Shown: positions 28,466-36,376 of the stretch, one piece after another | How the letters are laid out: every line of letters starts with the position of its first letter | How positions within the stretch are numbered: the stretch's first letter is position 1 | Source of the DNA: Candidatus Thorarchaeota archaeon | GTDB lineage: Archaea > Asgardarchaeota > Thorarchaeia > Thorarchaeales > Thorarchaeaceae | DNA length: 46,360 nt | Assembly: GCA_048882485.1 (NCBI GenBank) | Contig: JBHLRP010000026.1 | Span: forward strand, 1 to 46,360 | Reading direction: 5' to 3' | Program-made: the position numbers and the translations under genes | The notes under the pieces: generated by a model | The model's input: only the letters and a program-made list of their open reading frames with translations | The model's database searches: none | What the model was told of the DNA's origin: nothing

Positions 28466-29008
28466 ATGCAAATGAATTCTGAAACAGACTCTTCGGAAGC
28501 AAAATCTGAAACAAGTAATGAGGTAAAAATCGCTGAACTGGAAACTAGAATGAGCAATATTGACACTAGTTTCAAGGTACTAGAAAAGGGCGATGTACGT
28601 GAAGTAACATCTAGACGAGATGGGAGCATCAATCGAGTAGCCAGTGCAATTGTAGGGGACGAAACCGGAATTGTGACACTTCCATTATGGAATGATATGA
28701 TAGAAGCAATCGAAGCTGGCAAAACCTATGTTTTGAAGAATGCACATACTGGTCTCTTTCGAGGAAATCTTAGACTGAAGATTAGTCGAGATAGTGAAAT
28801 CAGCGAGAGAGAGGAAGAGATCACTGACGTCAAAATGGACAATGACCTGTCCGAAGCTGACCATGGCAGACCGCGACGACGTCATTACTATCAAGGATAC
28901 TCCAATCGTTCCTATGGCTCCGACCGCGCTAGATATGGTGGAGGCTATAGAGGCCATTCATCTCGTGATAGAAGCGACTATCGTCGCCGAAGAAGACGAC
29001 GGTACTAG
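28466..29008 (+). CDS. Single OB-fold ssDNA-binding protein (SSB/RPA-like) with R/G/S/Y-rich tail
   Basis: VASAIVGDETG.V.L.LW, NAHTGLFRGNLRL; tail YGGGYRGHSSRDRSDYRRRRRRRY. Confidence 0.85.
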   Translation: MQMNSETDSSEAKSETSNEVKIAELETRMSNIDTSFKVLEKGDVREVTSRRDGSINRVASAIVGDETGIVTLPLWNDMIEAIEAGKTYVLKNAHTGLFRGNLRLKISRDSEISEREEEITDVKMDNDLSEADHGRPRRRHYYQGYSNRSYGSDRARYGGGYRGHSSRDRSDYRRRRRRRY

Positions 29009-29054
29009 TGCGGCTTTGAAAGATGATGAATATGGAAGAAGGAGGAATGAGTCG

Positions 29055-29297
29055 ATGGTAGAAGAGCTTGAAGGGTGTATCACTTCATCTCAAGTTGCTA
29101 AAATCGATAAGACAGACCGTGAGTATGGTTATATCGGAATTGAAACATCTGATAACAGATACCTGAAGCTCAAGGTAGACTTCTACACAGATTATGACAC
29201 TCTAGATCGTGGAGAAGATGTGATAGTAAAATATGAACCATACGGGTCTACTCATGTCTTTGTTGCTAAAGAAATCAGAAAGAAAACAGCGTCGTGA
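29055..29297 (+). CDS. 80-aa beta-rich (OB-fold-like) hypothetical protein
   Basis: GGAGG upstream of ATG 29055; the longer ORF-track version overlaps the SSB gene. Confidence 0.6.
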   Translation: MVEELEGCITSSQVAKIDKTDREYGYIGIETSDNRYLKLKVDFYTDYDTLDRGEDVIVKYEPYGSTHVFVAKEIRKKTAS

Positions 29298-29451
29298 AAG
29301 CATCTGGAATCAACACATCAACCGTACAATTTAAAGTGCCTGGAATTGAAACATGCTGTAGTCTATCTGATTATCGCTCTAAAACGATAGCAAGAGCAAT
29401 CCATTAGAGTCAATAGCCACGTAGAACAACACAATCTGGATTTGTTTACAA

Positions 29452-29946
29452 TTGACAGAACCGGCCAGAGAGATAGTAGTGGCGATTATAGGCGAGCCAC
29501 AAGTGGGCAAGACACAGCTCATCCAACTATTGAACGATGATGCTGAAAGCAATGGCATAACAACCAAACTGGAATCCAAAGACTCCATTTTTACATTTTG
29601 GGAGCTTCAGACATCAAGTTCTGCACCCGAAAAACTGGAGATATTTGCCCGGTCCTTCCTTCAGAATAGCAGACCATTTCATCGCTATCTACTAATCGTC
29701 ACTGATAGCACAAGCGAGGACGTGAATCGAATCAAATACTCCTTGAGGTTTCTTCGAGAGTCATTTCCAGACACGCGATTTTCTATTGTTGCAAATAAGC
29801 AGGATTTGGATGAGTCTCTAAACAAATCACGCATAGAGAAAATGATAAATCTACCCACTCTAGAGATTTCAGCAATAAATCCTGAGAATCGCATCAGACT
29901 CGTAAATTTCCTTTCTTATCTGATCGAATCAGATACAGGGCTCTAG
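29452..29946 (+). CDS. Degenerate Ras-superfamily small GTPase
   Basis: G1 GEPQVGKT, G4 NKQD, G5 SAI; G3 DxxG replaced by WELQTS. Confidence 0.75.
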   Translation: MTEPAREIVVAIIGEPQVGKTQLIQLLNDDAESNGITTKLESKDSIFTFWELQTSSSAPEKLEIFARSFLQNSRPFHRYLLIVTDSTSEDVNRIKYSLRFLRESFPDTRFSIVANKQDLDESLNKSRIEKMINLPTLEISAINPENRIRLVNFLSYLIESDTGL

Positions 29947-29959
29947 GACTCTAACCTAT

Positions 29960-30241
29960 TCAGCTATGGAAATGCTCCTTGAATGCAACCCATTTCTCCC
30001 CATTTTCATCGCTGAGGACAATCATCTTCAGGTTCAAGTCTTTGGCGTACTGTCTAAGTGTGTGATGGGTCAGCCCCATGTAACTCACAACGTCATCCAG
30101 ACTCATCGGCTCTCCAGTTTCATTATATTTCTTAATCAGTTTCTTGAACTTTGGGAAGTTACGTACTCTACCTCTACGATATCTTAATTCATCTTCTGAT
30201 TTAGTCCTTATTTCATCCAAATCCATCGTATTAAGCCTCAT
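29960..30241 (-). CDS. Small basic HTH-like protein
   Basis: SLDDVVSYMGLTHHTLRQYAKDL resembles a helix-turn-helix. Confidence 0.55.
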   Translation of the reverse strand: MRLNTMDLDEIRTKSEDELRYRRGRVRNFPKFKKLIKKYNETGEPMSLDDVVSYMGLTHHTLRQYAKDLNLKMIVLSDENGEKWVAFKEHFHS

Positions 30242-30378
30242 TATAATTCATGACATATTTACTAATATATCTTTATCATATAGCAATTATAATTCTCAAT
30301 TAATATTATCTCTATCGTATCTATATCATAATATTTATTATAGCTCAATCCATATGTATTACACTAAGTTGATGAATA

Positions 30379-31038
30379 ATGAGTAATGATGAAGAAATAA
30401 AGAAGAACATTGTAGATCTGCTATATTGGGACAGCAGAGTAGACGCATCAAATGTCAAAGTCGAAGTTGAGAAAGGAGAGGTTGCTCTTAGAGGTACAGT
30501 CCCTACCTATACAGCATCAGAGGCGGCACTATTCGACTCATGGAAGCCGAAAGGTGTTGTCAAAGTAGATAATCAGATTATGGTGAAGTCCTACGGCCAA
30601 AAGAAGCTTCCAAGCGACTCTGAGATTCAGAGTAGAATTGAAAACATGCTCTCCTGGAACCAGAGCATAAACAATCTGGACGTCACGGTTTCAGCTGCAT
30701 CAGGAACAGTATCTCTTGAGGGCTATGTGGATGCATATTGGAAGAAATTACGAGCTGAGCAACTTGCATCTGACGTCCTTGGTGTCCTAACGGTGAAGAA
30801 TAAGCTAATGATAGTCCCTACCAAGAGTGTGGTTGATGAAGCTATTGCAAAGGACATCAAATTGGCTATGGAGAAGACAGATGGTATCGATCCCAGTTCT
30901 ATTGATATTAGGGTCAAAGACGGAAAAGTAACACTCTCTGGAAATGTCAAAGGAGCAAGGGCATATCATGCAGCGCTCGAATGCGTTGTGAACACCTTCG
31001 GTGTCGTAGACATAGACAACAATCTGTCAGTAAAATAA
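30379..31038 (+). CDS. Triple BON-domain protein without signal peptide
   Basis: Three repeats of D..I...I...L.....V.V..G.V.L.G.V...GV..V.N.L. Confidence 0.88.
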   Translation: MSNDEEIKKNIVDLLYWDSRVDASNVKVEVEKGEVALRGTVPTYTASEAALFDSWKPKGVVKVDNQIMVKSYGQKKLPSDSEIQSRIENMLSWNQSINNLDVTVSAASGTVSLEGYVDAYWKKLRAEQLASDVLGVLTVKNKLMIVPTKSVVDEAIAKDIKLAMEKTDGIDPSSIDIRVKDGKVTLSGNVKGARAYHAALECVVNTFGVVDIDNNLSVK

Positions 31039-31105
31039 CAGAACAAGTTGGTGACATGACACCTGTCGTGTCCCTTTCATCCTTGTTCAAAGATAGATTC
31101 TGACC

Positions 31106-32047
31106 TTATGACTGCCAAATCACAATCCCGAGCAGCGCTATACTGAAGAACATACCCAATGCGTACGAGAGGTCGATATAGATTAACAGGTCGGCTAAAT
31201 TGACGAAGAGGAATAGGTATGTTGTGCTAAAGAAAACCACAAGCACGATGATCGTGAGCAGCGTCTTTTCAAGGCCTGAAAATGGTTTGTAGCTAAGAGA
31301 GAAGATACGAAACCATAACATCACACTGAGGAGGCCAAGGGGTGGAACGAGCATCAAGATTAATGCCATAGGCCATAGAAGAAACACACTGAGAATTGCT
31401 CTGATCTCATTCATTGTTTCACGGTATCTCTCGAACTCCGCGGAATAGACTCTTCCATAGTCCCTCCAAACGTAGGACTGATATCCCTTCCAAAGGGAAA
31501 ATCTCAGATTACCGATTCTCCCACCAACATTTTCCAAGATGCTCTTCCCAGCCTTAGGATTGTATATTCCCAGAGAGAGTGGTATAATGTAGACAAAGAG
31601 CATCAATGACCATATCCCATAGACCGCAGCCAAGTTCTCAAGGAATGTTAGACTTCGTGATAATACAACAGCATTCGCAAAGGTGTAGATCGCATAGCCA
31701 AGGACCGCGAGTATTGGAAGCATCAGCGCCGTCTTTAGAACAGTGAAACGCCTCCTATTTCCTCTCACTTGAATTGCTAGTACTCGAAATAGCAGGGAAC
31801 AAACTGACGCATAAGTCAGCATCACTCCAAATCCGCTGAGGAATTTCATACTAACGCCTGATACTGAAAGAAGCCAAATTGCTGAATCGTTCGCATATAG
31901 CGCTTGAAGATCAAAGCCACCATAAAGCAACATGATTACAAAGATTATCAATCCAGAAATGAATGCTATAAGATAGCCTCTATAGTGGTTCGCAAGCTCC
32001 TTACTGAATTGTCTAATTAAGGTGGACATGAACCTCTTTCCATTCAT
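31106..32047 (-). CDS. Multi-pass membrane protein of unknown function
   Basis: About 7-8 hydrophobic segments; directly downstream of tfb paralog 2. Confidence 0.7.
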   Translation of the reverse strand: MNGKRFMSTLIRQFSKELANHYRGYLIAFISGLIIFVIMLLYGGFDLQALYANDSAIWLLSVSGVSMKFLSGFGVMLTYASVCSLLFRVLAIQVRGNRRRFTVLKTALMLPILAVLGYAIYTFANAVVLSRSLTFLENLAAVYGIWSLMLFVYIIPLSLGIYNPKAGKSILENVGGRIGNLRFSLWKGYQSYVWRDYGRVYSAEFERYRETMNEIRAILSVFLLWPMALILMLVPPLGLLSVMLWFRIFSLSYKPFSGLEKTLLTIIVLVVFFSTTYLFLFVNLADLLIYIDLSYALGMFFSIALLGIVIWQS

Positions 32048-32071
32048 TAGAAGTCCTATTCATCTCTCCAA

Positions 32072-33022
32072 CTACGAATCAGTATCGAAAGAAATCCCAA
32101 GAGAACGAACAAGTTCCTTGTATCTGTTTCGAATCGTTACCTCTGTGACGCGCGAAGCTTTGGCTATCTCGCGCTGTGTACGCTTGTCCTCCTCAAGTAT
32201 ACCAGCTATGTATAATGCAGCTCCTGCAATTCCACCAGGGTCCTTTCCTATAGTTATTCGACCCTCCTTAGCCCTTCTGACTATCTCAGTGGCTTTTCTC
32301 ATGGTTTTTCCTTCAAGACCAAGATCAGAGGAAAGTCTTGGAATGAGGTCCTTCGCTGATGCAAGTGGCACATTAACATTAACTTGATAGATGACCAACC
32401 GTACAGCTTGACCCATCTGTTTTCTATCTATCTTTGCCTCAGCCACAACCTCATCCAGTCGTCTAGGAATCCGGTGAATCCGACAAGCAAGATAGATCGA
32501 TGCCGCAACAACGGCCTCAATGCTTCTTCCTCTGACCAATCGCTTTGCCAGAGCTTTTCTGTATATGAGAGCCGCAGTTTCTCTGGCCTCCCGTGGAATC
32601 CCGAGTTGTGAGGAGAGCCTCTCCATCTCGCTCATTGCAATACCAAGATTCCTAAGTTGAGAACTATGAACCCTACTTCTGATATGCCACTTTCTCATTC
32701 TGTATATTGCAGCACGCGTAGTACTCTTCAGTGCCCTGCCACTCGCATCCTTGTTCCGCCAGTCAATTGTAGTTGAGAGGCCTTTGTCAGCCATGCTGAG
32801 TCTCATTGGAGCACCCGTTCTCGCTTTTGCATCTCTCTCTTCTGCTGTGAAGGCTCTCCATTCAGGGCCTCTATCTGCAGAACGTTCTGATACAACCAAT
32901 CCACATGACGTACAGATACGTTCTGCACGAGCATAGTCCTTGGTGAATGAGGTTTCTCCACAACCTAAGCACGTTTCTGACTTGTCTAAACGAGTCCTCT
33001 TTCCTCTAGCTGAATTCGCCAT
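32072..33022 (-). CDS. tfb: Transcription initiation factor IIB, paralog 2
   Basis: CLGC...CTSCG, GPEWRAF, DKGLSTTIDW, VTEVTIRNRYKEL. Confidence 0.96.
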   Translation of the reverse strand: MANSARGKRTRLDKSETCLGCGETSFTKDYARAERICTSCGLVVSERSADRGPEWRAFTAEERDAKARTGAPMRLSMADKGLSTTIDWRNKDASGRALKSTTRAAIYRMRKWHIRSRVHSSQLRNLGIAMSEMERLSSQLGIPREARETAALIYRKALAKRLVRGRSIEAVVAASIYLACRIHRIPRRLDEVVAEAKIDRKQMGQAVRLVIYQVNVNVPLASAKDLIPRLSSDLGLEGKTMRKATEIVRRAKEGRITIGKDPGGIAGAALYIAGILEEDKRTQREIAKASRVTEVTIRNRYKELVRSLGISFDTDS

Positions 33023-33034
33023 TTTCGTCTACTC

Positions 33035-33547
33035 CTAGCGACCACCCGTCAACTGAAAGCTGTCAGTTAGTTTCTTGAAGATAGGATTCTCTGAAATTCT
33101 GACCTGCTTTCCACTTCCATTAGACCCTATATACAAACCAAACATCACAAGCAACCCATATGGACCACCATCAGGAGAAGGGATTATGATAGCCACCCAT
33201 TTCTTACGTGATAGCCCAGTTCCTGTCACAAACTCCCGCGCTCTGCGATCTATCTCTCCGACTCTAATTGTAGTCGTCTTCCCCATCTTCGCTGATGGGC
33301 CAATCTCAAGGGCGAAGTCATGAATTAGATTCCTCAGTGTGTTATGATTGTGTATCCCGTTTCTATATGACCTAACAACAAACTCCAACGAACCTCTTGG
33401 CGGTCGCAATAGTCTGAGATAACAGTCTGACTCAGGAAACTTCCTAACTGTCATGGCAGTTCCTGAATAATCCAATGAGAAGCCTATTGGTGGCAACCTC
33501 TGGTCCCAAGCTTCTGATGGCGTAGAAAGAACTCTAGTAACATTCAT
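33035..33547 (-). CDS. Hypothetical protein (170 aa) in operon with tfb paralog 2
   Basis: ATG directly follows the stop of the upstream microprotein; 12-nt gap to tfb. Confidence 0.65.
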   Translation of the reverse strand: MNVTRVLSTPSEAWDQRLPPIGFSLDYSGTAMTVRKFPESDCYLRLLRPPRGSLEFVVRSYRNGIHNHNTLRNLIHDFALEIGPSAKMGKTTTIRVGEIDRRAREFVTGTGLSRKKWVAIIIPSPDGGPYGLLVMFGLYIGSNGSGKQVRISENPIFKKLTDSFQLTGGR

Positions 33548-33709
33548 CTACAATTTCTCCTCTTCTTCGCTTTCATTTCGAGGAGATTCTGGGAGTCTTG
33601 TTGCTTCGAAGTAGGGTCTGTCTGCAGTCATTCGTGCTACTATGGCCATTCTTCTCTCAATATCATACCATTCTGTGATTGGTAATCCAGCGGCTAGTCC
33701 TTCGGTCAT
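33548..33709 (-). CDS. 53-aa microprotein with PITEWYDIER motif, copy 2 (not in ORF track)
   Basis: MTEGLAAGLPITEWYDIERRMAIVARMTADRPYFEATRLPESPRNESEEEEKL; TAG abuts the next ATG. Confidence 0.7.
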   Translation of the reverse strand: MTEGLAAGLPITEWYDIERRMAIVARMTADRPYFEATRLPESPRNESEEEEKL

Positions 33710-33740
33710 TTTGGTTCACTTCAATTACGGCTCAGAGCCA

Positions 33741-33882
33741 AAGTAGGACATTTCGGGCTTCGTACAATGAATGCAATATAACCGCATAATCGGTCACTAC
33801 AAGAATACAGCCGAACTTATTCTCTACTTATCTCTCAATCAATCCCCAATATCAAAGCATGCTTATAAAAGTGGGCTCTTTT
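33741..33882 (-). promoter_or_regulatory. Duplicated promoter/leader, copy A (TATA plus AGAATA-N10-TATTCT inverted repeat)
   Basis: Aligns with 35602..35750; TTTTATAAG at 33862..33870; inverted repeat at 33802..33823. Confidence 0.7.
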
Positions 33883-33992
33883 GTCTTATAAAGAGAAGAA
33901 TCCCTTTATTCTTGTCATTTTTCCACTTGTAAGGCTTATCAGAAGTATTTCGGAAAGTTCTTCTCAATGGCTTCACAGATATATTGTATACT

Positions 33993-34028
33993 CATCAATT
34001 GCCGGTTCAAGTCCGACTATGCCGCCTA
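33993..34028 (+). repeat. Third, eroded copy of the tRNA-Tyr 3' end (27/36 identical)
   Basis: catcaattgccggttcaagtccgactatgccgccta versus catcggttgccggttcaaatccggccgtcccgacca; ungapped, intergenic, same orientation. Confidence 0.65.
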
Positions 34029-34040
34029 TTCAAGAGCGAA

Positions 34041-34163
34041 TTATTGGCTGCGCATTCGTCTATAGAATACATCACACTTGCATTTCTGGCATTCACTTTC
34101 AAAATCATTATGATTTTCACGATTATGACCACATGTACAGAGGTCGAATGAACTTGTACTCAT
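34041..34163 (-). CDS. 40-aa Cys/His mini zinc-finger protein, copy 2 (not in ORF track)
   Basis: MSTSSFDLCTCGHNRENHNDFESECQKCKCDVFYRRMRSQ; ATGA overlap with 34160..34348. Confidence 0.7.
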   Translation of the reverse strand: MSTSSFDLCTCGHNRENHNDFESECQKCKCDVFYRRMRSQ

Positions 34164-34348
34164 TTCTTCACCTCTGTAGCTTTATAATGAGCAAGAGCGA
34201 TCTGCTCATCTATCTCATCACTCTCTCTATCAGCTGATATTCCCACCTTGGTCTGTTGTAGCATTTCCAATATTCTATGAGGTCCATATCCGCTCCTCAC
34301 TCGGGTTCTTCGATATCCAATCTTAGAATTGATTTTCATTTCTTCCAT
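34160..34348 (-). CDS. 62-aa microprotein, paralog of 24512..24694
   Basis: Shared GY.R.RV..GY.PHR.L.ML motif. Confidence 0.65.
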   Translation of the reverse strand: MEEMKINSKIGYRRTRVRSGYGPHRILEMLQQTKVGISADRESDEIDEQIALAHYKATEVKK

Positions 34349-34382
34349 TCTAAATATCCTGCTAACATGAGAACAATCTATC

Positions 34383-34532
34383 TCACAAACTGAATCTGTG
34401 ATTTCTGATAAACAGATACTCCAAATACCAGAGAAACGGGTCTGGTTTCAAAACATTCTTTGTTAACCTGTTTCTTCCATTCTCACTTTCTGCAACATAA
34501 CGACCCTCGTGAGGGTTAATAAACTTGGGCAT
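34383..34532 (-). CDS. 49-aa microprotein downstream of tfb paralog 3 (not in ORF track)
   Basis: MPKFINPHEGRYVAESENGRNRLTKNVLKPDPFLWYLEYLFIRNHRFSL; decayed copy at ~24735..24883. Confidence 0.5.
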   Translation of the reverse strand: MPKFINPHEGRYVAESENGRNRLTKNVLKPDPFLWYLEYLFIRNHRFSL

Positions 34533-34572
34533 TTGCGAATATCAGTCAATACTCTCAGGAAGTTGGCAAACT

Positions 34573-35529
34573 TCAAAGGTAAACATCAGTTTCCATTATG
34601 ATTCCAAGAGAACGGACAAGTTCCTTGTATCGATTACGAATCGTGACTTCCGTAACGTGTGAAACTTTTGCTATCTCTCTTTGTGTCCGCCTATCCTCTT
34701 CAAGTATACCAGCTATGTATAATGCAGCTCCTGCAATGCCCCCGGGGTCTTTTCCTACTGTTATTCGTCCTTCTTTGGCCCGTTGGATTATCTCAGTGGC
34801 TTTTCTCACAGTCCTTCCTTCGAGTCCTAAATCCGAAGATAATCTTGGTATGAGGTCTTTTGCAGAGGCAAGTGGCACTTTGACATTTACTTTAGAAAGA
34901 ACCAACCGTACAGCTTGGCTGATTTGCTTTCTATTCGTTCTCGCCTCAGTAACAATTTCATCAAGCCGTCTTGGAATTCGGTGAATCCTACAAGCAAGGT
35001 AGACTGATGCTGCAACCACAGAATCAATACTTCTTCCTCTTACTAGTTTCTTTGTCAGAGCCTTTCTATATATGAGAGCTGCAGTTTCCCTAGCCTCACG
35101 TGGGATTCCGAGTTGTGAGGAGAGTCTCTCCATCTCACTCATTGCAAATCCAAGGTTTCTGTGGTGAGAACTATGGACCCTGCTTCTGATATGCCACTTT
35201 CTCATTCTGTAAATGGCTGCACGTGTTTTAGTTGTTAGTGCCCTACCACTCGCATCCTTGTTTCGCCAATCAATTATGGTTGAGAGTCCCTTGTCTGCAA
35301 TGCTGAGTCTCATTGGCGCTCCAGTTCGTGCTTTTGCATCCCTTTCTTCTGAAGTGAATGCTCTCCATTCAGGCCCTCTATCAACATTCCGGTCTGAGGC
35401 CACAAGCCCGCATGAAGTACAAACGCTCTCCCCACGAGCATAATCCCTAGTAAACGAGTTCTCTCCACAGCCAATGCATACCTCTCTTTTGCTAATACGA
35501 GTCTTCTTGATTCCAACCAAATCCACCAT
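34573..35529 (-). CDS. tfb: Transcription initiation factor IIB, paralog 3 (close paralog of 32072..33022)
   Basis: CIGC...CTSCG, GPEWRAF, VTEVTIRNRYKEL; long stretches identical to paralog 2. Confidence 0.96.
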   Translation of the reverse strand: MVDLVGIKKTRISKREVCIGCGENSFTRDYARGESVCTSCGLVASDRNVDRGPEWRAFTSEERDAKARTGAPMRLSIADKGLSTIIDWRNKDASGRALTTKTRAAIYRMRKWHIRSRVHSSHHRNLGFAMSEMERLSSQLGIPREARETAALIYRKALTKKLVRGRSIDSVVAASVYLACRIHRIPRRLDEIVTEARTNRKQISQAVRLVLSKVNVKVPLASAKDLIPRLSSDLGLEGRTVRKATEIIQRAKEGRITVGKDPGGIAGAALYIAGILEEDRRTQREIAKVSHVTEVTIRNRYKELVRSLGIIMETDVYL

Positions 35530-35601
35530 GCCCTTCTACCCCTCTATGCTTGGCTTTTCTTCTATCATTCATATTCACTTTTCCAAATTTGACTTGGATC
35601 A

Positions 35602-35750
35602 AAAGCAGGACATTTCGGGATTCATACAGTGGTCTATCAAAGTAATATGGCAGACCAGTCGGTCACTAAAAGAATACAACCGAACATATTCTCTACTTAA
35701 TTTCTCAATCAAGGCTCACTATCATTCTATGCTTATAAGTGGGTTCTTTT
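35602..35750 (-). promoter_or_regulatory. Duplicated promoter/leader, copy B
   Basis: TTATAAG at 35732..35738; AGAATA-N10-TATTCT at 35671..35692; shared aggacatttcggg block. Confidence 0.7.
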
Positions 35751-35751
35751 C

Positions 35752-36291
35752 TTAGCTATGAAATTCCGCCACTTCATCAACAGACAATCTTCGTCTTGCT
35801 CCAGGCTTGACAGCTGGCCAACCCACTGTCAATGCAGCCAATAATTTCCATGGCTTTTTGAAATACTTCATAATTGCGTTATATGTGTAGAAGATATCGC
35901 CAATCCAACATGTTCCAAGACCCAAGGAGTGCGCTTTGAGAAGCAGGTTCTGAATGGCAGCTGCTACGCTATGAATTTCAGTTTCCCATCCAAACTCGTT
36001 TGTATTCCAGACGATAATTATCACAGGAGCTTCCTCCATTATCTCACAAGAACCAAAAGAAGACCCCACATCAAAGTCAATCTTCTCAAGCCTATCTCTG
36101 TATAGGTCTGTGAACCTGTCCTTTGAATCACCTCTCAATACAGTGAATCTCCACTGTTGTCCGTTCTTTGCGCTGGGTGCAAATGTTGCAGCTTCAATAA
36201 TCTGCCTGATTAACTCCTCAGGGACTTCGTCTTGCTTGTAGTCCCTGATGCTTCTCCTTCCCTTTATGGCATCGTCAATACTCATTGTCAT
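35752..36291 (-). CDS. Nitroreductase family protein
   Basis: RRSIRDY, APSAKNGQQWRF, QNLLLKAHSLGLGTCW. Confidence 0.92.
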   Translation of the reverse strand: MTMSIDDAIKGRRSIRDYKQDEVPEELIRQIIEAATFAPSAKNGQQWRFTVLRGDSKDRFTDLYRDRLEKIDFDVGSSFGSCEIMEEAPVIIIVWNTNEFGWETEIHSVAAAIQNLLLKAHSLGLGTCWIGDIFYTYNAIMKYFKKPWKLLAALTVGWPAVKPGARRRLSVDEVAEFHS

Positions 36292-36376
36292 TATATGTCC
36301 CCATTTGAAGGACCATCTTATCTAACTTAAACTCGGAATGCACGAGAAACTAGCAACAAATTCCTAGATTCACGCC

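Noticed and set aside
32022-35755. Paralogous-looking plus-strand ORFs (32022..32387, 34598..34984, 32751..32936, 35213..35443) and 33881..34237
   Set aside because: They are antisense shadows of the tfb genes and microprotein block; their similarity comes from the sense-strand duplication.
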